From: Eledone cirrhosa
Taxonomy: Eukaryota
Assembly (NCBI GenBank): GCA_964016885.1
Contig: OZ024759.1
Coordinates: forward strand, 23,870,001-23,934,000
Direction of reading: 5' to 3'
Length of the DNA stretch: 64,000 nt
The translations under genes and the position numbers were made by a program. The notes beneath the pieces are model-generated. The model was not told the origin of the DNA and did not search any database. It saw only the letters and a program-made list of their open reading frames with translations. Below, one piece after another: positions 12,887-26,748 of the stretch; the stretch's first letter is position 1; every line of letters starts with the position of its first letter.

Positions 12887-15800
12887 ATGTGCTTTAACAC
12901 TTTGAGCCCAGTTTACTTCGATATATCTCTATATATCTCTATTTTCCTTTTAACGTAAAACACCATGCTGTCTGGCTATCTCTCTCCCAATCTACCTCAT
13001 ACTCTCTAGCTCTTTTTGAGTAATCCCTTGCTTATCTATCAAGCAAGTTGGTCTTTACTCCTATGGACGTATAAACCTTTACACTATCTCATATCCATTC
13101 CTATATTCGTCTTTGCAAGTCATGTGCATTAACACTTTGAGCCCAGTTTACTTCGATATATCTCTATATATCTCTATTTTCCTTTTAACGAAAAACACCA
13201 TGCTGTCTGGCTATCTCTCTCCCAATCTACCTCATACTCTCTACCTCTTTTTGAGTAATCCCTTGCTTGTCTTTCAAGCAAGTTGGTCTTTACTCCTATG
13301 GACGTATAAACCTTTACACTATCTCATAACCATTCCTATATTCATCTTTCCAAGTCATGTGCTTTAACATTTTGAGCCCAGTTTACTTCGATATATCCCT
13401 ATATATCTCTATTTTCCTTTTAACGAAAAACACCATGCTGTCTGGCTATCTCTCTCCCAATCTACCACATACTCTCTACCTCTTTTTGAGTAATCCCTTG
13501 CTTGTCTTTCAAGCAAGTTGGTCTTTACTCCTATGGACGTATAAACCTTTACACTATCTCATAACCATTCCTATATTCGTCTTTCCAAGTCATGTGCTTT
13601 AACACTTTGAGCCCAGTTTACTTCGATATATCCCTATATATCTCTATTTTCCTTTTAACGGAAAACACCTTGCTGTCTGGCTATCTCTCTCCCAATCTAC
13701 CTCATACTCTCTACCTCTTTTTGAGTAATCCCTTGCTTGTCTTTCAAGCAAGTTGGTCTTTACTCAATGGACGTATAAACCTTTACACTATCTCATAACC
13801 ATTCCTATATTCGTCTTTCCAAGTCATGTGCTTTCACACTTTGAGCCCAGTTTACTTCGATATATCTCTATATATCTCTATCTTCCTTTTAACGGAAAAC
13901 ACCATGCTGTCTGGCTATCTCTCACCCAATCTACCTCATACTCTCTACCTCTTTTTAAGTAATCCCTTGCTTGTCTTTCAAGCAAGTTGGTCTTTACTCC
14001 TATGGACGTATAAACCTTTACACTATCTCATAACCATTCCTATATTCGTCTTTCCAAGTCATGTGCTTTAACACTTTGATCCCAGTTTACTTCGATATAT
14101 CTCTATATATCTCTATCTTCCTTTTAACGGAAAACAACTTGCTGTCTGGCTATCTCTCTCCCATTCTACCTCATACTCTCTACCTCTTTTTGAGTAATCC
14201 CTTGCTTGTCTTTCAAGCAAGTTGGTCTTTACTCCTATGGACGTATAAACCTTTACACTATCTCATAACCATTCCTATATTCGTATTTCCAAGTCATGTG
14301 CTTTAACATTTTGAGCCCAGTTTACTTCGATATATCCCTATATATCTCTATTTTCCTTTTAACGAAAAACACCATGCTGTCTGGCTATCTCTCTCCCAAT
14401 CTACCACATACTCTCTACCTCTTTTTGAGTAATCCCTTGCTTGTCTTTCAAGCAAGTTGGTCTTTACTCCTATGGACGTATAAACCATTACACTATCTCA
14501 TAACCATTCCTATATTCGTCTTTCCAAGTCATGTGCTTTAACACTTTGAGCCCAGTTTACTTCGATATATCTCTATATATCTCTATTTTCCTTTTAACGT
14601 AAAACACCATGCTGTCTGGCTATCTCTCTCCCAATCTACCTCATACTCTCTAGCTCTTTTTGAGTAATCCCTTGCTTATCTATCAAGCAAGTTGGTCTTT
14701 ACTCCTATGGACGTATAAACCTTTACACTATCTCATATCCATTCCTATATTCGTCTTTCCAAGTCATGTGCTTTAACACTTTGAGCCCAGTTTACTTCGA
14801 TATATCCCTATATATCTCTATTTTCCTTTTAACGGAAAACACCATGCTGCCTGGCTATCTCTCTCCCAATCTACCTCATACTCTCTACCTCTTTTTGAGT
14901 AATCCCTTGCTTGTCTTTCAAGCAAGTTGGTCTTTACTCAATGGACGTATAAACCTTTACACTATCTCATAACCATTCCTATATTCGTCTTTCCAAGTCA
15001 TGTGCTTTCACACTTTGAGCCCAGTTTACTTCGATATATCTCTATATATCTCTATCTTCCTTTTAACGGAAAACACCATGCTGTCTGGCTATCTCTCACC
15101 CAATCTACCTCATACTCTCTACCTCTTTTTAAGTAATCCCTTGCTTGTCTTTCAAGCAAGTTGGTCTTTACTCCTATGGACGTATAAACCTTTACACTAT
15201 CTCATAACCATTCCTATATTCGTCTTTCCAAGTCATGTGCTTTAACACTTTGAGCCCAGTTTACTTCGATATATCTCTATATATCTCTATTTTCCTTTTA
15301 ACGTAAAACACCATGCTGTCTGGCTATCTCTCTCCCAATCTACCTCATACTCTCTAGCTCTTTTTGAGTAATCCCTTGCTTATCTATCAAGCAAGTTGGT
15401 CTTTACTCCTATGGACGTATAAACCTTTACACTATCTCATATCCATTCCTATATTCGTCTTTGCAAGTCATGTGCATTAACACTTTGAGCCCAGTTTACT
15501 TCGATATATCTCTATATATCTCTATTTTCCTTTTAACGAAAAACACCATGCTGTCTGGCTATCTCTCTCCCAATCTACCTCATACTCTCTACCTCTTTTT
15601 GAGTAATCCCTTGCTTGTCTTTCAAGCAAGTTGGTCTTTACTCCTATGGACGTATAAACCTTTACACTATCTCATAACCATTCCTATATTCATCTTTCCA
15701 AGTCATGTGCTTTAACATTTTGAGCCCAGTTTACTTCGATATATCCCTATATATCTCTATTTTCCTTTTAACGAAAAACACCATGCTGTCTGGCTATCTC

Positions 15801-17347
15801 TCTCCCAATCTACCACATACTCTCTACCTCTTTTTGAGTAATCCCTTGCTTGTCTTTCAAGCAAGTTGGTCTTTACTCCTATGGACGTATAAACCTTTAC
15901 ACTATCTCATAACCATTCCTATATTCGTCTTTCCAAGTCATGTGCTTTAACACTTTGAGCCCAGTTTACTTCGATATATCCCTATATATCTCTATTTTCC
16001 TTTTAACGGAAAACACCTTGCTGTCTGGCTATCTCTCTCCCAATCTACCTCATACTCTCTACCTCTTTTTGAGTAATCCCTTGCTTGTCTTTCAAGCAAG
16101 TTGGTCTTTACTCAATGGACGTATAAACCTTTACACTATCTCATAACCATTCCTATATTCGTCTTTCCAAGTCATGTGCTTTCACACTTTGAGCCCAGTT
16201 TACTTCGATATATCTCTATATATCTCTATCTTCCTTTTAACGGAAAACACCATGCTGTCTGGCTATCTCTCTCCCAATCTACCTCATACTCTCTAGCTCT
16301 TTTTGAGTAATCCCTTGCTTATCTATCAAGCAAGTTGGTCTTTACTCCTATGGACGTATAAACCTTTACACTATCTCATATCCATTCCTATATTCGTCTT
16401 TGCAAGTCATGTGCATTAACACTTTGAGCCCAGTTTACTTCGATATATCTCTATATATCTCTATTTTCCTTTTAACGAAAAACACCATGCTGTCTGGCTA
16501 TCTCTCTCCCAATCTACCTCATACTCTCTACCTCTTTTTGAGTAATCCCTTGCTTGTCTTTCAAGCAAGTTGGTCTTTACTCCTATGGACGTATAAACCT
16601 TTACACTATCTCATAACCATTCCTATATTCATCTTTCCAAGTCATGTGCTTTAACATTTTGAGCCCAGTTTACTTCGATATATCCCTATATATCTCTATT
16701 TTCCTTTTAACGAAAAACACCATGCTGTCTGGCTATCTCTCTCCCAATCTACCACATACTCTCTACCTCTTTTTGAGTAATCCCTTGCTTGTCTTTCAAG
16801 CAAGTTGGTCTTTACTCCTATGGACGTATAAACCTTTACACTATCTCATAACCATTCCTATATTCGTCTTTCCAAGTCATGTGCTTTAACACTTTGAGCC
16901 CAGTTTACTTCGATATATCCCTATATATCTCTATTTTCCTTTTAACGGAAAACACCATGCTGCCTGGCTATCTCTCTCCCAATCTACCTCATACTCTCTA
17001 CCTCTTTTTGAGTAATCCCTTGCTTGTCTTTCAAGCAAGTTGGTCTTTACTCAATGGACGTATAAACCTTTACACTATCTCATAACCATTCCTATATTCG
17101 TCTTTCCAAGTCATGTGCTTTCACACTTTGAGCCCAGTTTACTTCGATATATCTCTATATATCTCTATCTTCCTTTTAACGGAAAACACCATGCTGTCTG
17201 GCTATCTCTCACCCAATCTACCTCATACTCTCTACCTCTTTTTAAGTAATCCCTTGCTTGTCTTTCAAGCAAGTTGGTCTTTACTCCTATGGACGTATAA
17301 ACCTTTACACTATCTCATAACCATTCCTATATTCGTCTTTCCAAGTC
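12887..17347. repeat. Local 4-5-mer higher-order repeats marked by a 234-bp monomer (TACTCAATGG)
   Basis: The deletion monomer starts at 13592, 14766, 15940 and 16879 (spacing 1174, 1174, 939). The TTTTAAGT variant follows at 13826, 15000 and 17113. Confidence 0.88.
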
Positions 17348-20300
17348 ATGTGCTTTAACACTTTGATCCCAGTTTACTTCGATATATCTCTATATATCTC
17401 TATCTTCCTTTTAACGGAAAACAACTTGCTGTCTGGCTATCTCTCTCCCATTCTACCTCATACTCTCTACCTCTTTTTGAGTAATCCCTTGCTTGTCTTT
17501 CAAGCAAGTTGGTCTTTACTCCTATGGACGTATAAACCTTTACACTATCTCATAACCATTCCTATATTCGTATTTCCAAGTCATGTGCTTTAACATTTTG
17601 AGCCCAGTTTACTTCGATATATCCCTATATATCTCTATTTTCCTTTTAACGGAAAACACCATGCTGTCTGGCTATCTCTCTCCCAATCTACCTCATACTG
17701 TCTACCTCTTTTTGAGTAATCCCTTGCTTGTCTTTCAAGCAAGTTGGTCTTTACTCCTATGGACGTATAAACCATTACACTATCTCATAACCATTCCTAT
17801 ATTCGTCTTTCCAAGTCATGTGCTTTAACACTTTCAGCCCAGTTTACTTCGATATATCTCTATATATCTCTATTTTCCTTTTAACGGAAAACACCATGTT
17901 GTCTGGCTATCTCTCTCCCAATCTACCTCATACTCTCTACCTCTTTTTGAGTAATCCCTTGCTTGTCTTTCAAGCAAGTTGGTCTTTACTCCTATGGACG
18001 TATAAACCTTTACACTATCTCATAACCATTCCTATATTCATCTTTCCAACTCATGTGCTTTAACATTTTGAGCCCAGTTTACTTCGATATATCCCTATAT
18101 ATCTCTATTTTCTTTTTAACGAAAAACACCATGCTGTCTGGCTATCTCTCTCCCAATCTACCACATACTCTCTACCTCTTTTTGAGTAATCCCTTGCTTG
18201 TCTTTCAAGCAAGTTGGTCTTTACTCCTATGGACGTATAAACCTTTACACTATCTCATAACCATTCCTATATTCGTCTTTCCAAGTCATGTGCTTTAACA
18301 CTTTGAGCCCAGTTTACTTCGATATATCTCTATATATCTCTATCTTCCTTTTAACGGAAAACACCATGCTGTCTGGCTATCTCTCTCCCAATCTACCTCA
18401 TACTCTCTACCTATTTTTGAGTAATCCCTTGCTTGTCTTTCAAGCAAGTTGGTCTTTACTCCTATGGACGTATAAACCTTTACACTATCTCATAACCAGT
18501 CCTATATTCGTCTTTCCAAGTCATGTGCTTTAACACTTTGATCCCAGTTTACTTCGATATATCTCTATATATCTCTATCTTCCTTTTAACGGAAAACAAC
18601 TTGCTGTCTGGCTATCTCTCTCCCATTCTACCTCATACTCTCTACCTCTTTTTGAGTAATCCCTTGCTTGTCTTTCAAGCAAGTTGGTCTTTACTCCTAT
18701 GGACGTATAAACCTTTACACTATCTCATAACCATTCCTATATTCGTATTTCCAAGTCATGTGCTTTAACATTTTGAGCCCAGTTTACTTCGATATATCCC
18801 TATATATCTCTATTTTCCTTTTAACGGAAAACACCATGCTGTCTGGCTATCTCTCTCCCAATCTACCTCATACTCTCTACCTCTTTTTGAGTAATCCCTT
18901 GCTTGTCTTTCAAGCAAGTTGGTCTTTACTCCATATGGACGTATAAACCTTTACACTATCTCATAACCATTCCTATATTCGTCTTTCCAAGTCATGTGCT
19001 TTAACACTTTGAGCCCAGTTTACTTCGATATATCTCTATATATCTCTATCTTCCTTTTAACGGAAAACACCATGCTGTCTGGCTATCTCTCACCCAATCT
19101 ACCTCATACTCTCTACCTATTTTTGAGTAATCCCTTGCTTGTCTTTCAAGCAAGTTGGTCTTTACTCCTATGGACGTATAAACCTTTACACTATCTCATA
19201 ACCAGTCCTATATTCGTCTTTCCAAGTCATGTGCTTTAACACTTTGATCCCAGTTTACTTCGATATATCTCTATATATCTCTATCTTCCTTTTAACGGAA
19301 AACAACTTGCTGTCTGGCTATCTCTCTCCCATTCTACCTCATACTCTCTACCTCTTTTTGAGTAATCCCTTGCTTGTCTTTCAAGCAAGTTGGTCTTTAC
19401 TCCTATGGACGTATAAACCTTTACACTATCTCATAACCATTCCTATATTCGTATTTCCAAGTCATGTGCTTTAACATTTTGAGCCCAGTTTACTTCGATA
19501 TATCCCTATATATCTCTATTTTCCTTTTAACGGAAAACACCATGCTGTCTGGCTATCTCTCTCCCAATCTACCTCATACTCTCTACCTCTTTTTGAGTAA
19601 TCCCTTGCTTGTCTTTCAAGCAAGTTGGTCTTTACTCCTATGGACGTATAAACCTTTACACTATCTCATAACCATTCCTATATTCGTCTTTCCAAGTCAT
19701 GTGCTTTAACACTTTGAGCCCAGTTTACTTCGATATATCTCTATATATCTCTATCTTCCTTTTAACGGAAAACACCATGCTGTCTGGCTATCTCTCACCC
19801 AATCTACCTCATACTCTCTACCTATTTTTGAGTAATCCCTTGCTTGTCTTTCAAGCAAGTTGGTCTTTACTCCTATGGACGTATAAACCTTTACACTATC
19901 TCATAACCAGTCCTATATTCGTCTTTCCAAGTCATGTGCTTTAACACTTTGATCCCAGTTTACTTCGATATATCTCTATATATCTCTATCTTCCTTTTAA
20001 CGGAAAACAACTTGCTGTCTGGCTATCTCTCTCCCATTCTACCTCATACTCTCTACCTCTTTTTGAGTAATCCCTTGCTTGTCTTTCAAGCAAGTTGGTC
20101 TTTACTCCTATGGACGTATAAACCTTTACACTATCTCATAACCATTCCTATATTCGTATTTCCAAGTCATGTGCTTTAACATTTTGAGCCCAGTTTACTT
20201 CGATATATCCCTATATATCTCTATTTTCCTTTTAACGGAAAACACCATGCTGTCTGGCTATCTCTCTCCCAATCTACCTCATACTGTCTACCTCTTTTTG

Positions 20301-23300
20301 AGTAATCCCTTGCTTGTCTTTCAAGCAAGTTGGTCTTTACTCCTATGGACGTATAAACCATTACACTATCTCATAACCATTCCTATATTCGTCTTTCCAA
20401 GTCATGTGCTTTAACACTTTGAGCCCAGTTTACTTCGATATATCTCTATATATCTCTATTTTCCTTTTAACGGAAAACACCATATTGTCTGGCTATCTCT
20501 CTCCCAATCTACCTCATACTCTCTACCTCTTTTTGAGTAATCCCTTGCTTGTCTTTCAAGCAAGTTGGTCTTTACTCCTATGGACGTATAAACCTTTACA
20601 CTATCTCATAACCATTCCTATATTCGTCTTTCCAAGTCATGTGCTTTAACACTTTGAGCCCAGTTTACTTCGATATATCTCTATATATCTCTATTTTCCT
20701 TTTAACGTAAAACACCATGCTGTCTGGCTATCTCTCTCCCAATCTACCTCATACTCTCTAGCTCTTTTTGAGTAATCCCTTGCTTATCTATCAAGCAAGT
20801 TGGTCTTTACTCCTATGGACGTATAAACCTTTACACTATCTCATATCCATTCCTATATTCGTCTTTCCAAGTCATGTGCATTAACACTTTGAGCCCAGTT
20901 TACTTCGATATATCTCTATATATCTCTATTTTCCTTTTAACGAAAAACACCATGCTGTCTGGCTATCTCTCTCCCAATCTACCTCATACTCTCTACCTCT
21001 TTTTGAGTAATCCCTTGCTTGTCTTTCAAGCAAGTTGGTCTTTACTCCTATGGACGTATAAACCTTTACACTATCTCATAACCATTCCTATATTCATCTT
21101 TCCAAGTCATGTGCTTTAACATTTTGAGCCCAGTTTACTTCGATATATCCCTATATATCTCTATTTTCCTTTTAACGAAAAACACCATGCTGTCTGGCTA
21201 TCTCTCTCCCAATCTACCACATACTCTCTACCTCTTTTTGAGTAATCCCTTGCTTGTCTTTCAAGCAAGTTGGTCTTTACTCCTATGGACGTATAAACCT
21301 TTACACTATCTCATAACCATTCCTATATTCGTCTTTCCAAGTCATGTGCTTTAACACTTTGAGCCCAGTTTACTTCGATATATCCCTATATATCTCTATT
21401 TTCCTTTTAACGGAAAACACCTTGCTGTCTGGCTATCTCTCTCCCAATCTACCTCATACTCTCTACCTCTTTTTGAGTAATCCCTTGCTTGTCTTTCAAG
21501 CAAGTTGGTCTTTACTCCTATGGACGTATAAACCTTTACACTATCTCATAACCATTCCTATATTCGTCTTTCCAAGTCATGTGCTTTCACACTTTGAGCC
21601 CAGTTTACTTCGATATATCTCTATATATCTCTATCTTCCTTTTAACGGAAAACACCATGCTGTCTGGCTATCTCTCACCCAATCTACCTCATACTCTCTA
21701 CCTCTTTTTGAGTAATCCCTTGCTTGTCTTTCAAGCAAGTTGGTCTTTACTCCTATGGACGTATAAACCTTTACACTATCTCATAACCATTCCTATATTC
21801 GTCTTTCCAAGTCATGTGCTTTAACACTTTGATCCCAGTTTACTTCGATATATCTCTATATATCTCTATCTTCCTTTTAACGGAAAACAACTTGCTGTCT
21901 AGCTATCTCTCTCCCATTCTACCTCATACTCTCTACCTCTTTTTGAGTAATCCCTTGCTTGTCTTTCAAGCAAGTTGGTCTTTACTCCTATGGACGTATA
22001 AACCTTTACACTATCTCATAACCATTCCTATATTCGTATTTCCAAGTCATGTGCTTTAACATTTTGAGCCCAGTTTACTTCGATATATCCCTATATATCT
22101 CTATTTTCCTTTTAACGGAAAACACCATGCTGTCTGGCTATCTCTCTCCCAATCTACCTCATACTGTCTACCTCTTTTTGAGTAATCCCTTGCTTGTCTT
22201 TCAAGCAAGTTGGTCTTTACTCCTATGGACGTATAAACCATTACACTATCTCATAACCATTCCTATATTCGTCTTTCCAAGTCATGTGCTTTAACACTTT
22301 GAGCCCAGTTTACTTCGATATATCTCTATATATCTCTATTTTCCTTTTAACGGAAAACACCATGTTGTCTGGCTATCTCTCTCCCAATCTACCTCATACT
22401 CTCTACCTCTTTTTGAGTAATCCCTTGCTTGTCTTTCAAGCAAGTTGGTCTTTACTCCTATGGACGTATAAACCTTTACACTATCTCATAACCATTCCTA
22501 TATTCATCTTTCCAACTCATGTGCTTTAACATTTTGAGCCCAGTTTACTTCGATATATCCCTATATATCTCTATTTTCTTTTTAACGAAAAACACCATGC
22601 TGTCTGGCTATCTCTCTCCCAATCTACCACATACTCTCTACCTCTTTTTGAGTAATCCCTTGCTTGTCTTTCAAGCAAGTTGGTCTTTACTCCTATGGAC
22701 GTATAAACCTTTACACTATCTCATAACCATTCCTATATTCGTCTTTCCAAGTCATGTGCTTTAACACTTTGAGCCCAGTTTACTTCGATATATCTCTATA
22801 TATCTCTATCTTCCTTTTAACGGAAAACACCATGCTGTCTGGCTATCTCTCACCCAATCTACCTCATACTCTCTACCTATTTTTGAGTAATCCCTTGCTT
22901 GTCTTTCAAGCAAGTTGGTCTTTACTCCTATGGACGTATAAACCTTTACACTATCTCATAACCAGTCCTATATTCGTCTTTCCAAGTCATGTGCTTTAAC
23001 ACTTTGATCCCAGTTTACTTCGATATATCTCTATATATCTCTATCTTCCTTTTAACGGAAAATAACTTGCTGTCTGGCTATCTCTCTCCCATTCTACCTC
23101 ATACTCTCTACCTCTTTTTGAGTAATCCCTTGCTTGTCTTTCAAGCAAGTTGGTCTTTACTCCTATGGACGTATAAACCTTTACACTATCTCATAACCAT
23201 TCCTATATTCGTATTTCCAAGTCATGTGCTTTAACATTTTGAGCCCAGTTTACTTCGATATATCCCTATATATCTCTATTTTCCTTTTAACGGAAAACAC

Positions 23301-26300
23301 CATGCTGTCTGGCTATCTCTCTCCCAATCTACCTCATACTCTCTACCTCTTTTTGAGTAATCCCTTGCTTGTCTTTCAAGCAAGTTGGTCTTTACTCCTA
23401 TGGACGTATAAACCTTTACACTATCTCATAACCATTCCTATATTCGTCTTTCCAAGTCATGTGCTTTAACACTTTGAGCCCAGTTTACTTCGATATATCT
23501 CTATATATCTCTATCTTCCTTTTAACGGAAAACACCATGCTGTCTGGCTATCTCTCACCCAATCTACCTCATACTCTCTACCTATTTTTGAGTAATCCCT
23601 TGCTTGTCTTTCAAGCAAGTTGGTCTTTACTCCTATGGACGTATAAACCTTTACACTATCTCATAACCAGTCCTATATTCGTCTTTCCAAGTCATGTGCT
23701 TTAACACTTTGATCCCAGTTTACTTCGATATATCTCTATATATCTCTATCTTCCTTTTAACGGAAAACAACTTGCTGTCTGGCTATCTCTCTCCCATTCT
23801 ACCTCATACTCTCTACCTCTTTTTGAGTAATCCCTTGCTTGTCTTTCAAGCAAGTTGGTCTTTACTCCTATGGACGTATAAACCTTTACACTATCTCATA
23901 ACCATTCCTATATTCGTATTTCCAAGTCATGTGCTTTAACATTTTGAGCCCAGTTTACTTCGATATATCCCTATATATCTCTATTTTCCTTTTAACGGAA
24001 AACACCATGCTGTCTGGCTATCTCTCTCCCAATCTACCTCATACTGTCTACCTCTTTTTGAGTAATCCCTTGCTTGTCTTTCAAGCAAGTTGGTCTTTAC
24101 TCCTATGGACGTATAAACCTTTACACTATCTCATAACCATTCCTATATTCGTCTTTCCAAGTCATGTGCTTTAACACTTTGAGCCCAGTTTACTTCGATA
24201 TATCTCTATATATCTCTATTTTCCTTTTAACGGAAAACACCATATTGTCTGGCTATCTCTCTCCCAATCTACCTCATACTCTCTACCTCTTTTTGAGTAA
24301 TCCCTTGCTTGTCTTTCAAGCAAGTTGGTCTTTACTCCTATGGACGTATAAACCTTTACACTATCTCATAACCATTCCTATATTCGTCTTTCCAAGTCAT
24401 GTGCTTTAACACTTTGAGCCCAGTTTACTTCGATATATCTCTATATATCTCTATTTTCCTTTTAACGTAAAACACCATGCTGTCTGGCTATCTCTCTCCC
24501 AATCTACCTCATACTCTCTAGCTCTTTTTGAGTAATCCCTTGCTTATCTATCAAGCAAGTTGGTCTTTACTCCTATGGACGTATAAACCTTTACACTATC
24601 TCATATCCATTCCTATATTCGTCTTTGCAAGTCATGTGCATTAACACTTTGAGCCCAGTTTACTTCGATATATCTCTATATATCTCTATTTTCCTTTTAA
24701 CGAAAAACACCATGCTGTCTGGCTATCTCTCTCCCAATCTACCTCATACTCTCTACCTCTTTTTGAGTAATCCCTTGCTTGTCTTTCAAGCAAGTTGGTC
24801 TTTACTCCTATGGACGTATAAACCTTTACACTATCTCATAACCATTCCTATATTCGTCTTTCCAAGTCATGTGCTTTCACACTTTGAGCCCAGTTTACTT
24901 CGATATATCTCTATATATCTCTATCTTCCTTTTAACGGAAAACACCATGCTGTCTGGCTATCTCTCACCCAATCTACCTCATACTCTCTACCTCTTTTTG
25001 AGTAATCCCTTGCTTGTCTTTCAAGCAAGTTGGTCTTTACTCCTATGGACGTATAAACCTTTACACTATCTCATAACCATTCCTATATTCGTCTTTCCAA
25101 GTCATGTGCTTTAACACTTTGATCCCAGTTTACTTCGATATATCTCTATATATCTCTATCTTCCTTTTAACGGAAAACAACTTGCTGTCTAGCTATCTCT
25201 CTCCCATTCTACCTCATACTCTCTACCTCTTTTTGAGTAATCCCTTGCTTGTCTTTCAAGCAAGTTGGTCTTTACTCCTATGGACGTATAAACCTTTACA
25301 CTATCTCATAACCATTCCTATATTCGTATTTCCAAGTCATGTGCTTTAACATTTTGAGCCCAGTTTACTTCGATATATCCCTATATATCTCTATTTTCCT
25401 TTTAACGGAAAACACCATGCTGTCTGGCTATCTCTCTCCCAATCTACCTCATACTGTCTACCTCTTTTTGAGTAATCCCTTGCTTGTCTTTCAAGCAAGT
25501 TGGTCTTTACTCCTATGGACGTATAAACCATTACACTATCTCATAACCATTCCTATATTCGTCTTTCCAAGTCATGTGCTTTAACACTTTGAGCCCAGTT
25601 TACTTCGATATATCTCTATATATCTCTATTTTCCTTTTAACGGAAAACACCATGTTGTCTGGCTATCTCTCTCCCAATCTACCTCATACTCTCTACCTCT
25701 TTTTGAGTAATCCCTTGCTTGTCTTTCAAGCAAGTTGGTCTTTACTCCTATGGACGTATAAACCTTTACACTATCTCATAACCATTCCTATATTCATCTT
25801 TCCAACTCATGTGCTTTAACATTTTGAGCCCAGTTTACTTCGATATATCCCTATATATCTCTATTTTCTTTTTAACGAAAAACACCATGCTGTCTGGCTA
25901 TCTCTCTCCCAATCTACCACATACTCTCTACCTCTTTTTGAGTAATCCCTTGCTTGTCTTTCAAGCAAGTTGGTCTTTACTCCTATGGACGTATAAACCT
26001 TTACACTATCTCATAACCATTCCTATATTCGTCTTTCCAAGTCATGTGCTTTAACACTTTGAGCCCAGTTTACTTCGATATATCTCTATATATCTCTATC
26101 TTCCTTTTAACGGAAAACACCATGCTGTCTGGCTATCTCTCACCCAATCTACCTCATACTCTCTACCTATTTTTGAGTAATCCCTTGCTTGTCTTTCAAG
26201 CAAGTTGGTCTTTACTCCTATGGACGTATAAACCTTTACACTATCTCATAACCAGTCCTATATTCGTCTTTCCAAGTCATGTGCTTTAACACTTTGATCC

Positions 26301-26748
26301 CAGTTTACTTCGATATATCTCTATATATCTCTATCTTCCTTTTAACGGAAAACAACTTGCTGTCTGGCTATCTCTCTCCCATTCTACCTCATACTCTCTA
26401 CCTCTTTTTGAGTAATCCCTTGCTTGTCTTTCAAGCAAGTTGGTCTTTACTCCTATGGACGTATAAACCTTTACACTATCTCATAACCATTCCTATATTC
26501 GTATTTCCAAGTCATGTGCTTTAACATTTTGAGCCCAGTTTACTTCGATATATCCCTATATATCTCTATTTTCCTTTTAACGGAAAACACCATGCTGTCT
26601 GGCTATCTCTCTCCCAATCTACCTCATACTCTCTACCTCTTTTTGAGTAATCCCTTGCTTGTCTTTCAAGCAAGTTGGTCTTTACTCCTATGGACGTATA
26701 AACCTTTACACTATCTCATAACCATTCCTATATTCATCTTTCCAAGTC
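17348..26748. repeat. Higher-order repeat of about 16 monomers (offsets of 19, 16 and 14) with a nested 705-bp trimer
   Basis: CATATTG monomers at 20404 and 24164 are 3760 bp apart. TCTAGCTATC monomers at 21814 and 25104 are 3290 bp apart. The CAGTCC-led trimer starts at 18288, 18994, 19699, 22754, 23459 and 26044. Confidence 0.85.

Noticed and set aside
13113-13131. Linked variants making two TGCA palindromes (TTGCAAGTCATGTGCATT)
   Set aside because: Two nearby SNPs inherited together. They occur uncoupled at 20874 and 63197, and a 4-bp stem is not meaningful.
18928-18940. Singleton 1-bp insertion (ACTCCATATGG); similarly a singleton deletion at about 40234
   Set aside because: These are not shared with sister copies, so they cannot be distinguished from sequencing or consensus error.
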